DNA of 52,292 nucleotides from Conidiobolus incongruus B7586 (lineage: Eukaryota), in NCBI GenBank assembly GCA_000697335.1, contig JNEM01012590.1:1-52292 (forward strand), given 5' to 3'. Position 1 is the first letter of the stretch; the number at the start of each line of letters is the position of its first letter. Of the stretch, positions 12,905 through 24,783 are shown one piece after another. The notes below the pieces were generated by a model. That model worked only from the letters and a program-made list of their open reading frames with translations, was not told the DNA's origin and made no database searches. The position numbers and the translations under genes were made by a program.

Positions 12905-13702
12905 AATATTAATTATATTTTAATTACACTTGACTATTATATAACATAAAGTTAAAATAATATTTCTAATACTATATATGATTTACAAATAGATAATATT
13001 AATTAATTCTGATATTTTTAAAGAGATTAAAAGAAAAAGATAATATTCAATAAAAAATTTTTGAAGATCAGTTAAATTTTAAATAAAATTTTCCTAATGA
13101 TAAATTAAAATATTCCCGAGAATTCAATTTATCGTATTTGAAATTTCTCATTACCTTTTCTATATGGGTAAAATTAACTTATTTTATTCCTCAGTTTTGA
13201 ATCTGATGTAGTATGTTAAAAAGGTTCATTAGTTATCTCGCTTCTATTGGCAATTTCTATCAAAAATTTACACCTATTTTCATATAATTTGAACAGAATA
13301 TTTACCTGTATTCTATATTTAAACTTTAAAGATCAAATGATCTCAAACAATCAAAGATTTAAAACTGTAGCAAACAGTGAAAAGGACTAAAGGTGATTCC
13401 CTACCAAAATTCTAACTGATATATAATAAATGAAACATTTACAATCTGTCAAACCTCCCAAAAGATTTTTGACACTGAACACCTAACAACAAATGTAACT
13501 TAACAGAAATATTCTCTCATTATTATTTATTATTGTGTTAAATTCAGATTCGCAGCATTACCTGTGAATTGTCACATAAATTTAAAGTTAATTTTTAATT
13601 AACCAAATTAAATTGTATTATCGCACCAGATATTACCTTTTGATATAAATTTTATTTGAATTAAATAGTTATGGTTATTATAGATATGGTATTAATGATT
13701 AT

Positions 13703-15127
13703 CTAAAGCTGGAAGGGCCACATTCCCCAGAGATCATTCCAGCTTGGTTGGTTACTACCCCATTGTGGCTGTTGGAATGGAGGTTGTTGCCATTGTTGCT
13801 GTCCTTGTTCTTGTTGGAATGGAGGTTGCTGCTGTTCATTTTGTTCTTGTGTTGGAGGTTGCTGTGGTTGCTGTTCCTGTGGTTGATATTGTTGATTCTT
13901 AGTCATATAATCTCCCATTGCCAAAATGGCTGCAGTAAACTCTTTGCCCTGTGGGACAATAGCCGAAGGTGGTTGAATAAAACCATTTTGGCCCTTATCT
14001 TTCAATTCGACAGCGAAGGGATAGGGTATTTTGGCAACTGAATAGCCCCAGTCGACGGAACTGCCACTAGCTGGATAAATAGTTTTACATATAGATCCGA
14101 AGGTGAATTGGGGAGCTCCTTGTCGAACCATAGCTTGAGTAGCAATTTGACTGATTTTATAAAGTTCATCGTTGGTTTCAGCTTCATCGCACTTGTAGCC
14201 GTATGGATACATCCACATTTGGCCATAAGCATGTACATCGATGTACACAGTCTTTTGAGGAATGCTAGAGATAAATTTGGCCAAATTGGAAGTTTCTGGA
14301 GCGGTAAATTCTTTATTACCGGGATAGGTCTCCTCGCAGGGATTAATTCCTGGATTGGCCCATTGGAAACCCCAATTACGATTCAAATCAATTCCGAAGC
14401 ATTGAGAACCAGAAATGGGCTGCAAATTCTTACGCCAGTAACGATTTTGACTACCTTGACGCGTGTAGTCGTACCCATCGACATTCACAACGGGAATCAG
14501 GTAAATGTCAAACTTTTCAAGCAAGTTTTTGACTTGTACATTGGAAGCGGATTTTGTAATGAGCTCATCCATCAAGTAAGACACTGTCGAGATGGTGATC
14601 CATTCGCGACTGTGAATGCCACCATGGATGATCCAAGCTTTTTTATTTAAGCTGTTGCCTTTAGAGATTTTAACACCACGGATGGGTTTTCCGCGGTAGG
14701 TCTTTCCAACTTCGAAAGATTTAGCGATAGAAGAGTGTTGTGAAATCAATTGATCCATAAACTTGTAAATTTCTTCAGTTGAGTGGAATTGAGAATGGAA
14801 TGGACTGACCCCAGTTGCATAACCAACAGGAGCTGGCTTTGATTCTTCAGCAAGTAATTTACCTAAATCACTGTGAACCACTCTAATAGGTACAGAAAGC
14901 TTAGTTCTCAGCTCGTTTGCGATACGTGTGCTCACACGAGCTTGTATCGTGTTGTTGAGCATTTTATTCCATACATCGATCTTATATTCACTAGTATATT
15001 GTTGATAAATTTGAGCATCTTTCTCAGTCTTGAGATCGATGTTGATCAATTGCTGAATCTCGTTGGAAGCGCTCTGCGACACCAAACCAGCAACGAGATA
15101 TCCAAGAATAATTAATAATTGATTCAT
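13703..15127 (-). CDS. Secreted zinc carboxypeptidase, M14A, with Gln/Pro-rich C-terminal tail; intronless
   Basis: First ATG at 15127 gives signal peptide MNQLLIILGYLVAGLVSQSA. GIHSREW, YWRKN, DLNRNW, DVHAYGQMW, IYPASGSSVDW, VELKD. Paralogue of 897-2123. Confidence 0.93.
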   Translation of the reverse strand: MNQLLIILGYLVAGLVSQSASNEIQQLINIDLKTEKDAQIYQQYTSEYKIDVWNKMLNNTIQARVSTRIANELRTKLSVPIRVVHSDLGKLLAEESKPAPVGYATGVSPFHSQFHSTEEIYKFMDQLISQHSSIAKSFEVGKTYRGKPIRGVKISKGNSLNKKAWIIHGGIHSREWITISTVSYLMDELITKSASNVQVKNLLEKFDIYLIPVVNVDGYDYTRQGSQNRYWRKNLQPISGSQCFGIDLNRNWGFQWANPGINPCEETYPGNKEFTAPETSNLAKFISSIPQKTVYIDVHAYGQMWMYPYGYKCDEAETNDELYKISQIATQAMVRQGAPQFTFGSICKTIYPASGSSVDWGYSVAKIPYPFAVELKDKGQNGFIQPPSAIVPQGKEFTAAILAMGDYMTKNQQYQPQEQQPQQPPTQEQNEQQQPPFQQEQGQQQWQQPPFQQPQWGSNQPSWNDLWGMWPFQL

Positions 15128-16474
15128 TAGTGTATTAATACTATTGGTAAACACATTCTGTCTTATCTTTTTATATTTATTAAATGGTTTTAAATTTTAT
15201 ACATATGTATTGAATTATCTCATCCTAATCAATTGGCGTAATTATCAAGAATTTGATTGGAAATTTTGGCATCATTTTGCAATGGATTTAATTAGGATTA
15301 TTGTCTTAGTACAACAGTCTAAATCTAGCATTAGCAAATCAGCCTAAAGTCCTTCAGCAATATTACAAATGAATCATACCATCCTTCATGAAAGTTTCTG
15401 TGGATATTTGACTAGTGAAATTCGGACTATAATGCTGAGGTTATAATCAAGCAGAAGTTAATATATTGCAAGAGTATTGTAACCCATCTGACAATTGCCT
15501 TTTATATTATCTGGAAATTTACCTGTTGGTAATTGTTTGGTAACAATATGCCAACTGATATTAAATTATACTGGATAGAATTTAGTGTTTTTTGTCACAA
15601 TATACGCCAAACTTATCACAGTTTATTCAAGTTAACCATATTAATTTAATTTAAATCGGATTCAAGATTATCGTTTATTTTACTATATATAATAGTTATA
15701 ATATAGTTTCAAATATTTTATATATTCAAAATTGTAATTATACAGTTATTTTCTTAATTACATAAATTGCTTAAACTCACAACATACATAATTAAAAACA
15801 AATTATCCAATAATTATATTAAACCATCAGATTCTATAATATAGAATTCATTAAACTTTCTTTGTTTTTCTAAAACAATAGAAATATTCAAAAATATTTT
15901 AAAATGAATTAAACTATATTCAATGAATTTATTTGTAATTTTATGATTTCTTATTCTATTTTAAACATTCAAATTTTTATAAAATGAGTTATATTGAATG
16001 ATATACAAGTTTATGCTTTTAATTTGTATCATATATATATATTATTTAAATGAGAAAGCAATTAAGTGCAATATAGTCCAAATATATATTTATCTTTTTA
16101 TTTAATTATTTGCCATTCTTAACCATTTTCCATTCTCTATTAAAATAATTGACAAGTCGTACTTATTTATATAATAATTTATAAAATTAAATAATCGCTA
16201 ACCAATATTAAAACTTTAGTATCAATATTTGTATCAATTGTGAAAATTATACATTTTATATACGTTTTTATTTGATTATATGCATTGTGCTATAAGAAAT
16301 TGGATTTTGATATATATATTAATCTACTGTATTTTAAAATGTTATAATTATTTGAAAATAATTTTCTAAACGTTTTAGCCTTGATTATGAAATTCAGAAT
16401 TATGAATATTTTGAATTCAGAATTAAGTCAATTTTCTCTAGACTAAATATCAGATTTATTTTTTGATTTCTTTT

Positions 16475-16856
16475 TGTGACAATTGTTATCTGGTTGATAC
16501 CTTTTCTCACTTCTTTTACTAATAAACCTTTTTCCTACTTTAAGTCCGCCCCCTTAGTGTATTTAAGTAGCCGCCTATAGCTCCACTTGAGTCATTTTCC
16601 ACTATTCACTCAAAACCCAATCTTATTGTTATTTTCTGATTCCATCCACTTATCATGCCAGAACCTCGCATTGCCGCTATTGCCACTGGTTTAGTCACTC
16701 TTTTAAACGTCCCATTTACAAGTAGTCATGGCCGGATAACTGAGGAACTGATCGTCAGTAATCTATTCAGTTTGTAAGTGTCATGCTTCACAACCTGGCC
16801 TACACAATGGCTATTCAGTGTTCTCAATGACGCTCAAAAAGCTAATAGCGGCAACA
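16475..16856 (+). mobile_element. Solo LTR (382 bp, ~180-bp internal deletion), tRNA-associated family, copy 2
   Basis: Starts tgtgacaattgttatctggttgataccttttctcact (copy 1: tgtgacacttattatctaatggataccttctctcact). Ends gacgctcaaaaagctaatagcggcaaca (copy 1: gacgctcaaggagctaataactgtgaca). Flanks CTTTT/CCCTT match at 3 of 5 (degenerate TSD). Confidence 0.82.
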
Positions 16857-16866
16857 CCCTTGATGT

Positions 16867-16873
16867 GCTGCTT

Positions 16874-16916
<43 letters not shown>

Positions 16917-16939
16917 GTGTTCAATCCACGGTGGTGGCA
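16867..16939 (+). tRNA. tRNA-Phe (GAA), identical to the 5894-5966 copy
   Basis: Same 73-nt sequence and cloverleaf, followed by a T5 tract. Confidence 0.95.
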
Positions 16940-16942
16940 TCC

Positions 16943-16947
16943 TTTTT
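16943..16947 (+). terminator. RNA polymerase III terminator (T5)
   Basis: TTTTT starting 4 nt after the tRNA discriminator base. Confidence 0.6.
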
Positions 16948-18768
16948 AATTTATTGGATAGTTTTTATATTTAGTTACTCTTATTTAATATTTTTATAAA
17001 TTCAAAATTTTTGTTGTTATTATTTTTATAGTAACAATATTTCATTATTCATTTAACTATTTAGTATAATATTTCCATGATTTATTATTTTCATCTTGTA
17101 ATTCATGATAAAAATATAATATTTTAAATCTTTTTTTAAGAGTATCAAGTCCAAATTTTGATTTAATAATGAATGTTTTTTCATCAATTTCAAATCCCAA
17201 AAAACAGTTGTTAATATTTTAAATTGTTATCTACCTCATCATAATATTAACAATTTTTAGGATAAATAGATAATATATGATTTAATCTCAAAAATACTAA
17301 AATCATGAATTAATTATATTGATATTTTTATATACTCACTTGACAAGATATAATCATATTACATCATAATTATTCATTTAGATTATAAGGAAATATGGCT
17401 ATTTGATAAAATTTATGATCTAATTTTCTTATTTTAGTCATTCAATTTAATATTATCTCAAAATTCCTTATATACTTCAGTATACAAATAAATAGAAAAT
17501 GGAAAATACAATATAATTGAATCAATATTAATTTAACTTTGTATGCATGTCTTTTAAATAAATATTTCAAAATATACTATTTAAATTTATACCATATAAT
17601 TACAGTATTTGATTATATATTCTATAACATAATGATATTTCCCTCAAAAGAACATAATAATATTGAAAACAATAAATATTAAACATTTAAGTTTAAATAG
17701 TCTTATTTTTATCAAAATATATTCCAGAAATATCTTGAATTGAAATGTATAACATCATTAAACATCTTCAAGTTTTTGAATCGTATAATCAATTTAGTAT
17801 TTTTTCAAAATTATATTAAATGACGTAATATTATATATAATATTTTTGACTATAATTATAAATTAAAAGATTTTAAAATTAAATATTTAAACTCAAGCTT
17901 TTGAATCAATATATCGCCAATTTATATATATTAGCGAATACATTTGAATTATTAATCACGGTATGAACACTGAGTATATATTAAAAATTTTCAATTTTAA
18001 ATATCAATATTTGTTATTGTTATTATAAAAATTATTTATATTATTTTAATTGTTTATGAACTAAGCCTTAAATGACGGATTAATGATGCTATAAATTATT
18101 CAAATCTATTAGTGTATATTATGAACATTATATTAGTGCATGTAATCATTTTAATAAATAATTGATTACGACTTAAAGAATTTCCATGGAATTATTGACT
18201 AACATGAATACAATGCTAGATTATTATTATATACTCAATATATCTTTCACATATATTTAAGTACTGAATAATATTGGTAAGCTTGATTTAATTAAAAAAA
18301 TTGACCGCAAAAGTTTAAGCAATATGCAAAAAATGCATGAAATTTTTAATTACAATTAGTTTAATCTTGGGCTTTTGAAAAAATATTCATTATTTTATCA
18401 TCTATATTTATTATAGTTTGATAAAAATATCTTAAAACTATACTGATAAATACATAATATCTTTCAGTAATTTCAAAATATAGAATTTTCAGGCTTTTGC
18501 CACAATAAGTGAATATCTTGTTTTATTAGAATATTATTTTGAATTATGTAAAAAAACAGTTGCAAAGTCGGTTTTCTCAAATTTGCTTGACGGAATTATT
18601 ACATCACTAATTAAAATCAGGCTTTTTGTTGAGTATCCAATCATATTGAAATATTAATTAATTAAATACTGAATCTTAATGGCATTAGTTAATTATGTAG
18701 GAAAAGTCTAAATATATAAAAGGCCCTGGACTAAAATAATATCGGCAATTAAAAGGTTAAAATAAAAA

Positions 18769-19500
18769 ATGATGTACAATAAACTTACAATTAACAATTG
18801 GATTTGGCTATTATGGCTGCTATTGATTAACTCTGCTGCCGCACAGTCCTGGGAAGTTCATCCTAGAACCGATGCAGGTAGTATTGTCGCAGGTATCATT
18901 TTTATGATCGTTGGCTTAGTATTCGTATTCGCCGGAAAACGTCTCATTAAAATTGTTGTCGCAATCGCTGGTTTCTTCACCTTCTTTTTCATAGTATTAG
19001 GTATTTCTACCTTTATCGTTGATTGGGATAATTTATCAAGGACTCAAAACATTATTATCTGGGTATTCGCAGTGGCATTAGGTGTATTAGGAGCCTTAAT
19101 TGCTTGGTTCATTTGGAAGGTGGGTGTCGTTATCTTTGGCTTCTTATTTGGTATTAACGTCGGTACCTGGATCACCCGTATCAACTTTACCTCAAACACC
19201 AATGCCCAACTTGGAATTATTATCGCTTTCGGTGTTGTTGCAGCTTTAATTACTCTATTCTTCATGAGGTTTGTCATTATTGTTGGTACTGCTTTCACAG
19301 GAGCCCAATTATTTATGTGCGGTGTTGATTTAATCACCAATACAGGATTCATTCAATTCCGTGACAGTGCTATTGAGAATGGTGTGATTTCTTCTCCTAC
19401 TCCTCAAGTTTGGGCAATGATGGGATCTGTGCTAGCTATAACTTTGATTGGAACAATATTCCAATGGAGAACATCACCAAAGACTCATATGAAATATTAA
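18769..19500 (+). CDS. Multi-pass membrane protein, DUF4203/TM7S3-TMEM198-like
   Basis: Signal peptide then about 7 Gly-rich hydrophobic segments; FAGKRL and IVGTAFTGAQLFMCGVD motifs. Family assignment is from recalled pattern. Confidence 0.7.
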   Translation: MMYNKLTINNWIWLLWLLLINSAAAQSWEVHPRTDAGSIVAGIIFMIVGLVFVFAGKRLIKIVVAIAGFFTFFFIVLGISTFIVDWDNLSRTQNIIIWVFAVALGVLGALIAWFIWKVGVVIFGFLFGINVGTWITRINFTSNTNAQLGIIIAFGVVAALITLFFMRFVIIVGTAFTGAQLFMCGVDLITNTGFIQFRDSAIENGVISSPTPQVWAMMGSVLAITLIGTIFQWRTSPKTHMKY

Positions 19501-20307
19501 CTTGATGAATAACTATATATATTAACATTTAAATAAACTATATTTCATAAAATATGCGGTTGGACCTTTACTTTTTAAAATCGAACTTTTCGATTGCTTT
19601 TTATAACATAGTTGAAAAATATAGAATTTTAAGTGTTAGTTGTAAAATTGATAAAATTACTTTTTCTACTTTATCAGTTCTCAAGACAAATTTAAATTCA
19701 AGAATAAAAATCGATTAAATCTTCTCTAACAAACATTCAAAATTATATTATTTAAAATATATAAAATTTGGTATCAAGATTAATCACATTGGAAGCTCAT
19801 TGTATTCTCATTTAAATTTATACATAATCAATTCAAATAATAATAAATTCTTCAATACAACATTATATTTATCAAATCAGTCACATGATGATATATTTTG
19901 TTCTAATATTTATTTTTATAAAGGTATTCAGACAAATAAATATGAAGAAATAATGTTTATTTTATTTGAATATATCATATTATAGGCTAGATTTGTTAAG
20001 ATATTCTTTGAACATTTATGAAATAACTTATAATTTAACCTCATCGAAAGCAAAACTATTAAATATCTTAATATCAGTTGCAAAGCTGCTTAGATTGAAA
20101 TAATGAAATATTAAAGTTATTATATCATTTTCAAATATTGAACTTATATATAAAATGGTGTATCAGATTTTTTTATTAGGATATAAGGATTAGGTAAATT
20201 AGTATATTTTCTTTATTGTAATAATTTCATAATTCAAATTGATATATTATAATTATTGAAATTATATAAAACAACATTTATTAAGCATTTGATTCATAAA
20301 TTCCTAT

Positions 20308-20663
20308 TGTCGCGGATCGGGAGCTCCGCTCGCCATCAACTTTAATCGTCCGTCATGATTCCAAATGTAATCCACTCACAAATACCAGGCACAACCCTTG
20401 CACAATGGAAAATTTCAGACTATAGTAGTAATTGGAGTTTCAACACATTGACAAAGGACTAACCACACTATGAAATAGTCGCTGGGCACCTATTCGCTCA
20501 AAGATCATCTTGATCAGGGCCAAGCCCTACACCTTGATATTTTAATAAAACCTTTCAAAGTATCTCATTAGTCGTCCTTGGCCCGTTTTATCGTATCTAC
20601 GTGATCTTTATTGCAAGTCTACTTTCTAGAAGACCTGCAGTATTAATGTATGCTCTTATTACA
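20308..20663. mobile_element. Possible solo LTR of another family (~356 bp)
   Basis: Abrupt GC/CpG-richer island in AT-rich DNA, starting TGTCGCG and ending TTACA, with an internal AATAAA. Flanks CCTAT/TTTAT differ by two C/T changes. No second copy in the window. Confidence 0.4.
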
Positions 20664-21974
20664 TTTATTTTATCAAATAAAAAAACAATAATTATATATA
20701 ATATTGTAATTGTTCAAGTAGAGTTCATATTTGGAATTATTGAGAATATCAACTTCTATATTTACAAAAATTGAATATTATTCAAAGGATAATAACTGTT
20801 TTAATTTTAAATTTAAAACTATATTGAAAAATTACTTCAATATCAATTATATTGAGTAATATATTTTTTTATCTTTACAGATTATAATGTTCCATGCAAA
20901 TCATCATAAATTCTATGATTCAAGTTTCACCTAAATGTAAATATTTGACAAAATGCAAAAACTGTACAAAATAGTTTTACTAGAATTAAATAAATTAATT
21001 ATTATATGGGTGTCTATAAGTGATTGATCTTTCCAAACCTGTAATATCTAGCATTACAGCTTATTTACCTTGTTTAGAATATTTTCAACTCTTAGATTAC
21101 TGATTTTATGATTAAAGTTTTAGGAATGTGGAAACTGATTCGGAATCATTTTGATTGTTTAAGTGTTGTTAAATATATACCTTTTAGATTATAGGTTATC
21201 ATTTACTTGAAAAGTTATTGTTCAATTTAAATGATTTTTTACAAATTATTCCAGGTAAAAAATAATATATCAATAGTTCAATGAAATCTATTAAGAAGTT
21301 GATTAATTAATACTACTTAAAGCTCGGTGTATATAATCAAATTTGCTAATTTTATACTAATACCAAATATTCTTGATATTCAATATAAAATTATTTAAAT
21401 TGTTAATTGGCTATAATTCAGAATGGTACCCATCATATAAAAGTAGAAAATTTACTATACCAACTTGCATTATGTAATTTATTGACAAATATTTTTGACT
21501 ATTTAGTGAAAATTAAAACATTAATATAAAAATAATCTCCGTAAAATACTAATGTTTAATATAAAAATGGTGAAACTGGTTAAATGATAATAAATAGGGA
21601 ATAAAATATAGTTTAATAATAATTCTATGATCATTTCGAAATATTGTAATAGTATTGAAAACTATTAAGGATATTTTGATATATTTACTAAATGATACTT
21701 GTTTTATCAAATTTTTCCAACAGTTGAAATACTTTTTGAATCAAATTTCAAAATATTTACTTGATCACCTTAAATACTTATCAACTATTTGACCAAGAAG
21801 TTTTGCACTATTGATGAAATGAAAAGTTTTATGCTAGCTCGTGTTTGAAGGTTATGATTAAATAAACTATATACAACAGTGTTTAGAATATAAAGGTCTA
21901 TTGTGTAATACAAAATGTGTGTAAATGATGAATATAAATACCTTAATGGATTCTTGTAGATATCCTTAAATATC

Positions 21975-22760
21975 ATGAGTAAAATTCAGAGCATGCATAT
22001 ACTCAGAATAAATTATTCCATTTGGCTACTATGGTTTATATTAATCAATTTCACATCAGCTAAATATCCTAGGGTTGCCAATCCTCGAACTGACATAATT
22101 AGTATCATGCTTGGTGTGATTGCAATGATTGCTGGTTTAGTGTTTCTATTCGCTGGCAAATATTTGATCAAATTTATGATTACAATTGTTGGATTCTTTG
22201 CCATCGCCTTAATTGTATTTGGTATTTCATATTTAATTGTCGATTTTCGATCTTTATCAAAAATAAATTATGTCGCCGTAATAGCGAGTACGATTGTTTT
22301 ATCCATTGTGGGCGGTTTTCTCGCTTGGAAGTTTGAAAAATTTGGCTGTGTGATTTTTGGAATCATATTTGGTATTAGTATAGGTTAGTTCATTACCCGA
22401 ATTAATTTGACAACAAATGTTAATATTCATATATTCATTGTTATTGGATTTGGAGTTGTTGGGTCATTTATTGCAGTGTTATTGATGAAATATGTTATTA
22501 TAGTTGGTACTGCATTTAATGGAGCTCAACTTTTTATGTGCGGTGTTGATTTAATTACAAATACTGATTATCTTCAATTTCGTAAGGTACTTAATGGTAA
22601 AACGATCGCTTCTCCTACACCTCAGGTCTGGGTAATGATGGGATGTACATTACTCTTAACACTTCTGGATTTGCTAGTCCAATGGAAACTGAAGCCCAAA
22701 AACAATGGAAAAGACACATTTAATCAATCACTAATAACCACAAATAGAAATAGTAATTAA
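21975..22760 (+). pseudogene. Tandem paralogue of the DUF4203-like gene with one in-frame TAG (22386-22388)
   Basis: ORFs 21975-22388 and 22407-22760 are in the same frame. GISIG*FITRINLTTN aligns without gaps to GINVGTWITRINFTSN of the 18769 gene. Confidence 0.75.
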
Positions 22761-24783
22761 ATTTTTACAAAATATTTTATCAAACTTCATTATAAAATTA
22801 ATAAAATATATATACCGAATTTGTCAAAATTATAATATAATTCATTATAAAATCCATTTAATTGAGATAATATGTTCCAAATATTTCAAAATATACAAAT
22901 ATATTACTCTAAAATTTGATAATAATGTCAAGACATTAACAATTGAAATATGATATAAATAGTCCAAATGCACTATGATTGAAAATATTTTGCAAGGCTT
23001 TATAAAGATCATTAATATTGTTATAATGTTTATATGTATTTCAAAAAAATAAACATAATTCAACTTAATGCTTATTCACTAAATGTAAATATACACAAAC
23101 AGTCTATCTTTTACATACTGGCAAGATAGGCGAATATTTAAGTTTGGAAAGCATTTTAATCAGAACATATAATTATATATTTTCAACAGGAAATATCTGT
23201 TATATTCCCACTAACCGATTATCATATTTAATTAGAAAATATTTATAATTGATGATATTATTTTAATAATTTTTATTATTTAATCGGAAAAATCTTTGAA
23301 AATTAATTTATATTTGAATTTCGCCATATAAATAACCTAGTATTGAAAAAATCAATTAATTAATATTTTTTAATATGTATTTAACTCTGAGTAATTATTT
23401 AAAAATATTAATTATTATTAAAACTTATTATATAAAATTTATATATCGTTTATTTGTTTTTACATGAATAAAAATTATTAAATAGATATTTTGGATAATT
23501 ATTTAAGAGTTTGATATTACAATCCACATTTTGGTTCAAGACAATAAAATTGGTATATCAATCACTATACGAAAAGTATATCTAATATTTTGAAATTCAT
23601 ATATTTTATATTATATATTATAAAAAAGTTGGTATATCTTTTCAATTATAGTGCAACGGTAATTTTAATATTTATCAGGTATTGTGACAATGATCTATTT
23701 TTCATAATATAGACCACTATAATGAATAATAGCAATTAATTTATTTACACTTGGAAATCTTTATAATGTTTCTCTATTCATATTGATATCTGAAACATAT
23801 TCTGCATCCATTAAGGTGATTATCAATAAAAATTACCCATAAAATTGATAAACCATTACCTCAATATAGATCTATATAAAATAGAAAACAATAATGATAA
23901 TAACAATAAATGATTGAGTAAAATAACTCATAATTAGATTAATATTTTATCTAATATATTTAATAGTTTTTCAAAAGATAAACCTTAAAAAGTTATATTT
24001 AATATATAGATTAAAAAACTTGTATACCTACATTATTAAAGTTGAAAATTAATATTTTTGTCCGAAACTGAGTTCGGTATTGCTTATTAAAAATCTGTAT
24101 ATTTTATTTAATATAACTAAAATAAATTTAAGCCACAATCAAAAAATTTTCCACCAATATAAATTAATTATTGATCAGTTTCCAGCAACGTTGTTTAAGC
24201 GATATAACCATTAGAGGTAAGTTAGATCATGACCTGTGTTTTATTTTCCATTAATAAGTAATCATGCTTGGATTGTTGAGACAGAATTGTCACAAGTAAT
24301 AAACAATATTCAATTTTTAAAGCCACTGAATTTGATGAGAAGGTCTGCAGGTCGAACTAAAATGGTCTGCAGGTCAATTTTATAGATAATTAAAATTTCG
24401 ATAATTTATGCTCTAAAAATCTAAAGCATTGCACGCGACTTCACATGTTACTTATCATATTTGACACTAAAGTTGCCATATTTTCGGGATGTTTCATATA
24501 GAGCAAAAAAATTAATTGTAAACTGATATATGCCGAAAGCAATGGGAAAAATCGGAATAGAAATTGATATAAAAAAGTAGCAATGACTAAAAGTGACCGT
24601 TTTATTAATTATTCACGCTCTTAAATCATCTGATTAATCAGTTGTCAATTGATATTATTCCATTTTAAATCTTGGATCAATTGATTTGCCTTACTTTTTA
24701 TATACGCAACCAAGCACACTCACATCTTTGCTAAATTCATAATAGGTCACATTTATTATTATTTTTACAATTGATCTTAAGAA

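Noticed and set aside
1034..15347. Many short antisense or alternate-frame ORFs overlapping the carboxypeptidases, ALDH and the F-BAR gene
   Set aside because: Shadow ORFs expected from codon bias in GC-richer coding DNA; no independent motifs.
5977..16856. The two tRNA-linked LTRs as the ends of one 10.9-kb element carrying host genes
   Set aside because: Copy 1 has its own perfect TSD on both sides, the outer flanks (GAAAA and CCCTT) do not match, and the interior holds ordinary intron-containing genes with no gag/pol.
22386..22388. Alternative genetic code (TAG reassigned)
   Set aside because: No other intact gene here has internal stops, and TAG terminates both carboxypeptidase ORFs.
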